A stretch of 53,237 bases of DNA, the filler included, from Porpidia crustulata (Eukaryota): the NCBI GenBank assembly GCA_964255105.1. It is 3 parts of 3 records of this genome, joined end to end, with 100 filler letters (N's around TTAATTAATTAA, not from the genome) between each part and the next. Parts side by side here need not be neighbours in the genome. Positions count along the whole stretch, not along the records: positions 35,604 to 53,237 come from CAXUWE010000210.1; 2 more parts are not named here. One strand, written 5' to 3'. Positions 49,690 through 53,237 of this stretch are shown piece after piece. The notes under the pieces were generated by a model. It ran no database searches and was not told the origin of the DNA. It saw only the letters and a list, made by a program, of their open reading frames with translations. A program made the position numbers and the translations under genes. Position 1 is the stretch's first letter. Each line of letters opens with the position of its first letter.

Positions 49690-51220
49690 CTATTGCTCTC
49701 TCCATACTAGGTACCCCTCTTCAGTCTCAGTGCACATTCTCTGCAAGACCTCTTCTACCTTTTCCCGAACACCGACTTTCCCATTCCTTTGACTGACCAT
49801 TTTCCGCAGTAAATTTTGCTTAGTCGCAGGCATATCCATTACCATAAGTTGAACATCCCGCTCTTTCGGTAGCCCAATTTCCTTTCCGAATGGATATTCT
49901 GGCCAATTGCCGTCAGCAGCGAGCTGCAGCATTTTCGAACCCGCTACCGCAAAAATTCGATCAATGTCTTTGTCACTGACCTCCTGCAGCGTTGATGGTT
50001 TCCATTTAGGTGGTGTAGGGGGCTTATTTATTAGTTTAGCAGAAACTCCCTCCACGAAATCCGGATGCTCCATGAACTTTTCCGCAATGTGATATTCTCT
50101 TCGGAACGCGTCCCCAATCCTCCAGTCGTTCCCCAGCCTTATTGCTTTCAGTGCAACCTTCAAACTCGTCGGGCTCCTTTCATGGAGCGTCTTCAACGTC
50201 TTTTCAGCCCACTCACGCATGGCGCCCTTTTCTTCTTGCAGAGCTTTGATTATGTTCTCTACGGTATCGTGCTTGAAACACCTGTCAATTGCTCTCCTCA
50301 ATTCCCCCGCTATCAGCATTGGAACATCATGTGGCAGCCCCGTTCCAAACTCCTCAATAGTCGCATCAATCACCTGTAGTCTAGTCTCCACTGGGTCGTA
50401 GTCCCTGAAGACCAGCTCGCTCAGCCGCTCTGTAAGAGTGGGTAGACTACTACTGTCGATGTAGTGCGTTGCTATTCCTGCGTAGAAAGCGTTTACCCCC
50501 TCAAGCCGTTCCGACGTCAGCCCGAGATACGTTCCTAAGTATCCATCCATCCTCGGCAGGAAAAAGCTGGCTCCCACGTCAGGAAAGAAGCCAATGGTGG
50601 TTTCCGGCATTGCAAAAATAGTACGTTCAGTGGCGATTCGGATGGGAGCGTGGGCACTGAGTCCAACACCTCCCCCCATTGTTATTCCATCCATATAGGC
50701 AATGTATGGTTTAGGGTATGTAGCTATGAGGTGGTCCAGTGTGTACTCCAGAGCAAAGTAGGACTTTGAATTAGCTTGGCCTTCTGGTGTCCAGTTCTGT
50801 TGCGCAAGTGCAGCTACGTCGCCACCGGCGCAAAAAGCTTTAGGACCTGCACCGCCGATTATTATTATGTTGGCTAATTGGGAGTTCTCCCACTCCTTAG
50901 GGAACATGTTAGCGCACCATTTTAGACGTATCAGCTTGACCATGAATGCATACCTTAAGTCTAGGTATTATCTTCCTTGCCATAGAGCCATTTAGGGAAT
51001 TCAGCTTTTTGGGGCGGTTGAGCTCGATTGTTCGAACACCATAGAGGGTATTAAAAAGAACATCATCTGGGTCGTCGCCGGGCATTTCTGTAGGGAATGG
51101 ATAAGAATTTGAAATCTGATTACGGGTCAGTCATGCCCAGAGTCAGTGCAAACATTCAGCACCTACCGCTGCTGATTGCCCCATGAAAGCAGGGTTGAGG
51201 ATTTTTGCCTTGAGAGGCAT
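49690..51220 (-). CDS. EHD3: Mitochondrial 3-hydroxyisobutyryl-CoA hydrolase (crotonase family)
   Basis: IELNRPKKLNSLNG, KAFCAGGDV, MDGITMGGGVGLS, FAMPETTIGFFPDVG, SPTSLKV and DFVEGV motifs; introns at 51116-51166 and 50896-50953. Confidence 0.92.
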
Positions 51221-51512
51221 GGCGACTGGTCGTGACCGCGAGATCCAGCTCAGCGGAGGATATACAGATCGGTGGTAAGGGCGTAGGAACATCAATGAGA
51301 ATCTCAAAAGGAATCTGTAGAAGTTATCTATCTATGGGATGGTTTCCTGTGACAAGCTTGCTCAGTCGACCTCGGCTGAGCTTCGCTAATCAACAAAGGG
51401 ATGGGATTTGTAGATTATGCATCTGAATAACGGACTAAGATATTGATGCGAATCGTGAGATGATAAGAATGTAAGTTACTAATATCTATATGCAAATTTC
51501 ATAATGGCAATG

Positions 51513-52488
51513 CTAGATGCTGCTATAAACAGGTTCCTTATTCACAGCTGAGGGAACGGTCCTGTTCAAATCACTCGAATGATCCCGCAAAATTGAGTCC
51601 AACGCCCGCTTCTCGATGATGATCCTCCCCATCTCCAAGAGATCCTTAACGTCAACATCCGCTTCAGTTTTGGCCCTCCCATGCTCCCCAGCCTTCTTCA
51701 TAGCCTGGAAAAGCTTTGGTCTCTTATCCCTAGTCACAATCAAAGATCTACCATCTGCATTTCCCCAATGGTTACCCTTCATGATCCTATTGATCCATCC
51801 TCGCCAATTTTGCTCCAGGTCGAATCGGTTTTCGACAACTATCAGTTCACCTTTCCTATAACGGTAGCTGAGAGCAGTCCGCCAAGCCAAATCGTAGATC
51901 TTGCGAGGCAGCTTTGTTGAGAAATCCCTAGGATGAGGTCCGAAAGCAACACCTCCACCTCGCAACATGGGATTCTTTCTGTCGCCCAATCTCGCCCGAC
52001 CCGTGCCCTTCTGAGGTCGTATTTTTCTCCCGCTCCCTCGGACGTCGTCTCTCCATTTAGTGCTTGCGGTGCCCTGACGTGTAGCATCGCCCTCGAATAT
52101 TACAGCTCGGTGGAGAATGTCCCGACGGAGTGGGAGGTGAAGATGATTTGCAGGATAATATGCATAGCGTAGAGGCTCCATGGTCGGGAATTGATAGACT
52201 GTCGTCAGGACTTTTGGAACGGTAGGAGCTGGTCGTCTTGGTGATGGAGCTGCCCATAAGACCATGTCACTGTGATGCTCCGACGCGTTTTCCATATGTT
52301 GCGGAAATGGTGCCTCCGTAGCCATCGATCGAAAAAGACGAGGTGCTAGACATTGCTGTTGTAATGTCCTATCAGCAGTGCCACATAACCAAGCGATGTT
52401 GACATACTATAAGCGGATCTCGGGCAAGAACTGTAGAAGCTGCCGTCTTCAAGCTTGTTGCCGAGCTTCGAAGACTTTGAAAAGCCAT
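51513..52488 (-). CDS. YML6: Mitochondrial ribosomal protein uL4
   Basis: PLRRDILHRAVIFEGD..RQGTASTK.R..VRGSGRKIRPQKGTGRARLG...P..RGGGVAFGPHPRDF; presequence exon from the ATG at 52488; intron at 52356-52407. Confidence 0.92.
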
Positions 52489-52650
52489 TATGACCCTCGG
52501 TGCAATGTAAAAGTGAACGAATATGTGGAGGTTGATGAACCCTCGATCGGCGGAGGATGAGTTTGCGGCGGCCGAATTTCCTTGGCGAGATGTGCAGACC
52601 TACCCATCAATTTTTATAGCTACTTTTGCAATGCTAGGCCCACATCTGGC
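52489..52650. promoter_or_regulatory. Short divergent intergenic region (probable bidirectional promoter) between two mitoribosomal genes
   Basis: Only 162 bp separate the head-to-head start codons at 52488 (-) and 52651 (+). Confidence 0.6.
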
Positions 52651-53237
52651 ATGACGACGCCCATATATATCATTCGGCCTGCAATCAGATGTCTCCGGAA
52701 TTCAGGAGAACGGAATGCATCATTCATCCTGAAATCGCGAAGTCTCACAACTACCACGTCAAGAAACAATGAAGCTCCCCTCGAACCCACTACCACTCCT
52801 GACCCGCCTCCACTTCCACCTGTGCTCGACGCCAATCTCGTAACTACCCGTAAAGAGGAGAAACAACTCCTTCTGACCGGCGTTCAACCCATCGGGTCCC
52901 GCCGTCGTCGGGCCGCTCTCCAATCTTCCTCCGGCATCCCCTTCGAGCAACTCCCCTACCAATGTTTCCAAGAAGCGCGCAAGATCCTAGCTATAGACCG
53001 CACCGAGAAACTTGCTCAGATAGAAGAGCAGCGGAAACGAATTGCCAAGGCTGCGGAAAAGCCAGCAGCGTTGCATGGAGGGGATAATGCGAAGAAGAGC
53101 AGATTAATAGCGATGCACGTCCACCTGGAGAACTTGAAGATCTTGGCAGATATCAATGACCCAGTAATCAAGAAGAGGTTCGAGGATGGCGATGGTAAAT
53201 GCTACCTTTCTCCTACGGGAACACCTTATGCTAATAT
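52651..53237 (+). CDS. MRPL35: Mitochondrial ribosomal protein mL38 (YmL35), 5' part; runs off the window
   Basis: Not in the ORF track because it is open-ended. From the ATG at 52651: presequence-like N-terminus, then PIGSRRRRAALQSS.GIPFEQLPYQCFQEARKIL...LKILADINDPVIKKRFEDG; intron donor GTAAAT at 53195. Confidence 0.85.
   Translation, partial: MTTPIYIIRPAIRCLRNSGERNASFILKSRSLTTTTSRNNEAPLEPTTTPDPPPLPPVLDANLVTTRKEEKQLLLTGVQPIGSRRRRAALQSSSGIPFEQLPYQCFQEARKILAIDRTEKLAQIEEQRKRIAKAAEKPAALHGGDNAKKSRLIAMHVHLENLKILADINDPVIKKRFEDGDGKCYLSPTGTPYAN

Overview
Eukaryotic (filamentous ascomycete, Pezizomycotina-type) genomic DNA with short GT/GC-AG introns and CTRAY branch sites. Two 100-nt scaffold gaps (44 N + TTAATTAATTAA + 44 N) lie at 17703-17802 and 35504-35603. 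The first ~17 kb is a gene-poor accessory region with a broken nuclease-fold-like gene, a type I membrane protein, a HET-domain gene with two in-frame stops, an intact glyoxalase/VOC gene, a PTH11-like gene with two in-frame stops, a ~100-bp hairpin element and probable nested LTR ends at the gap. The middle holds mostly conserved genes: FMP42-like MFS (with one in-frame TAG), PIB1-like FYVE/RING, a TRP/FLC-family channel, an MNN2-like mannosyltransferase and a large conserved hypothetical. After the second gap is an accessory block (ricin-lectin/TM protein, PTH11-like receptor, nitroalkane oxidase, two tandem Cys/His-rich 'MC..LE...GCGH' paralogues), then an intact housekeeping run (CSL4, VAC8, EHD3, YML6, MRPL35). 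The most striking pattern is that five genes carry in-frame stops or small frameshifts in otherwise well-preserved frames. All protein family calls come from motif recognition by eye; no database search was run. I cannot establish a novel system from sequence alone; the best candidates are listed as findings.
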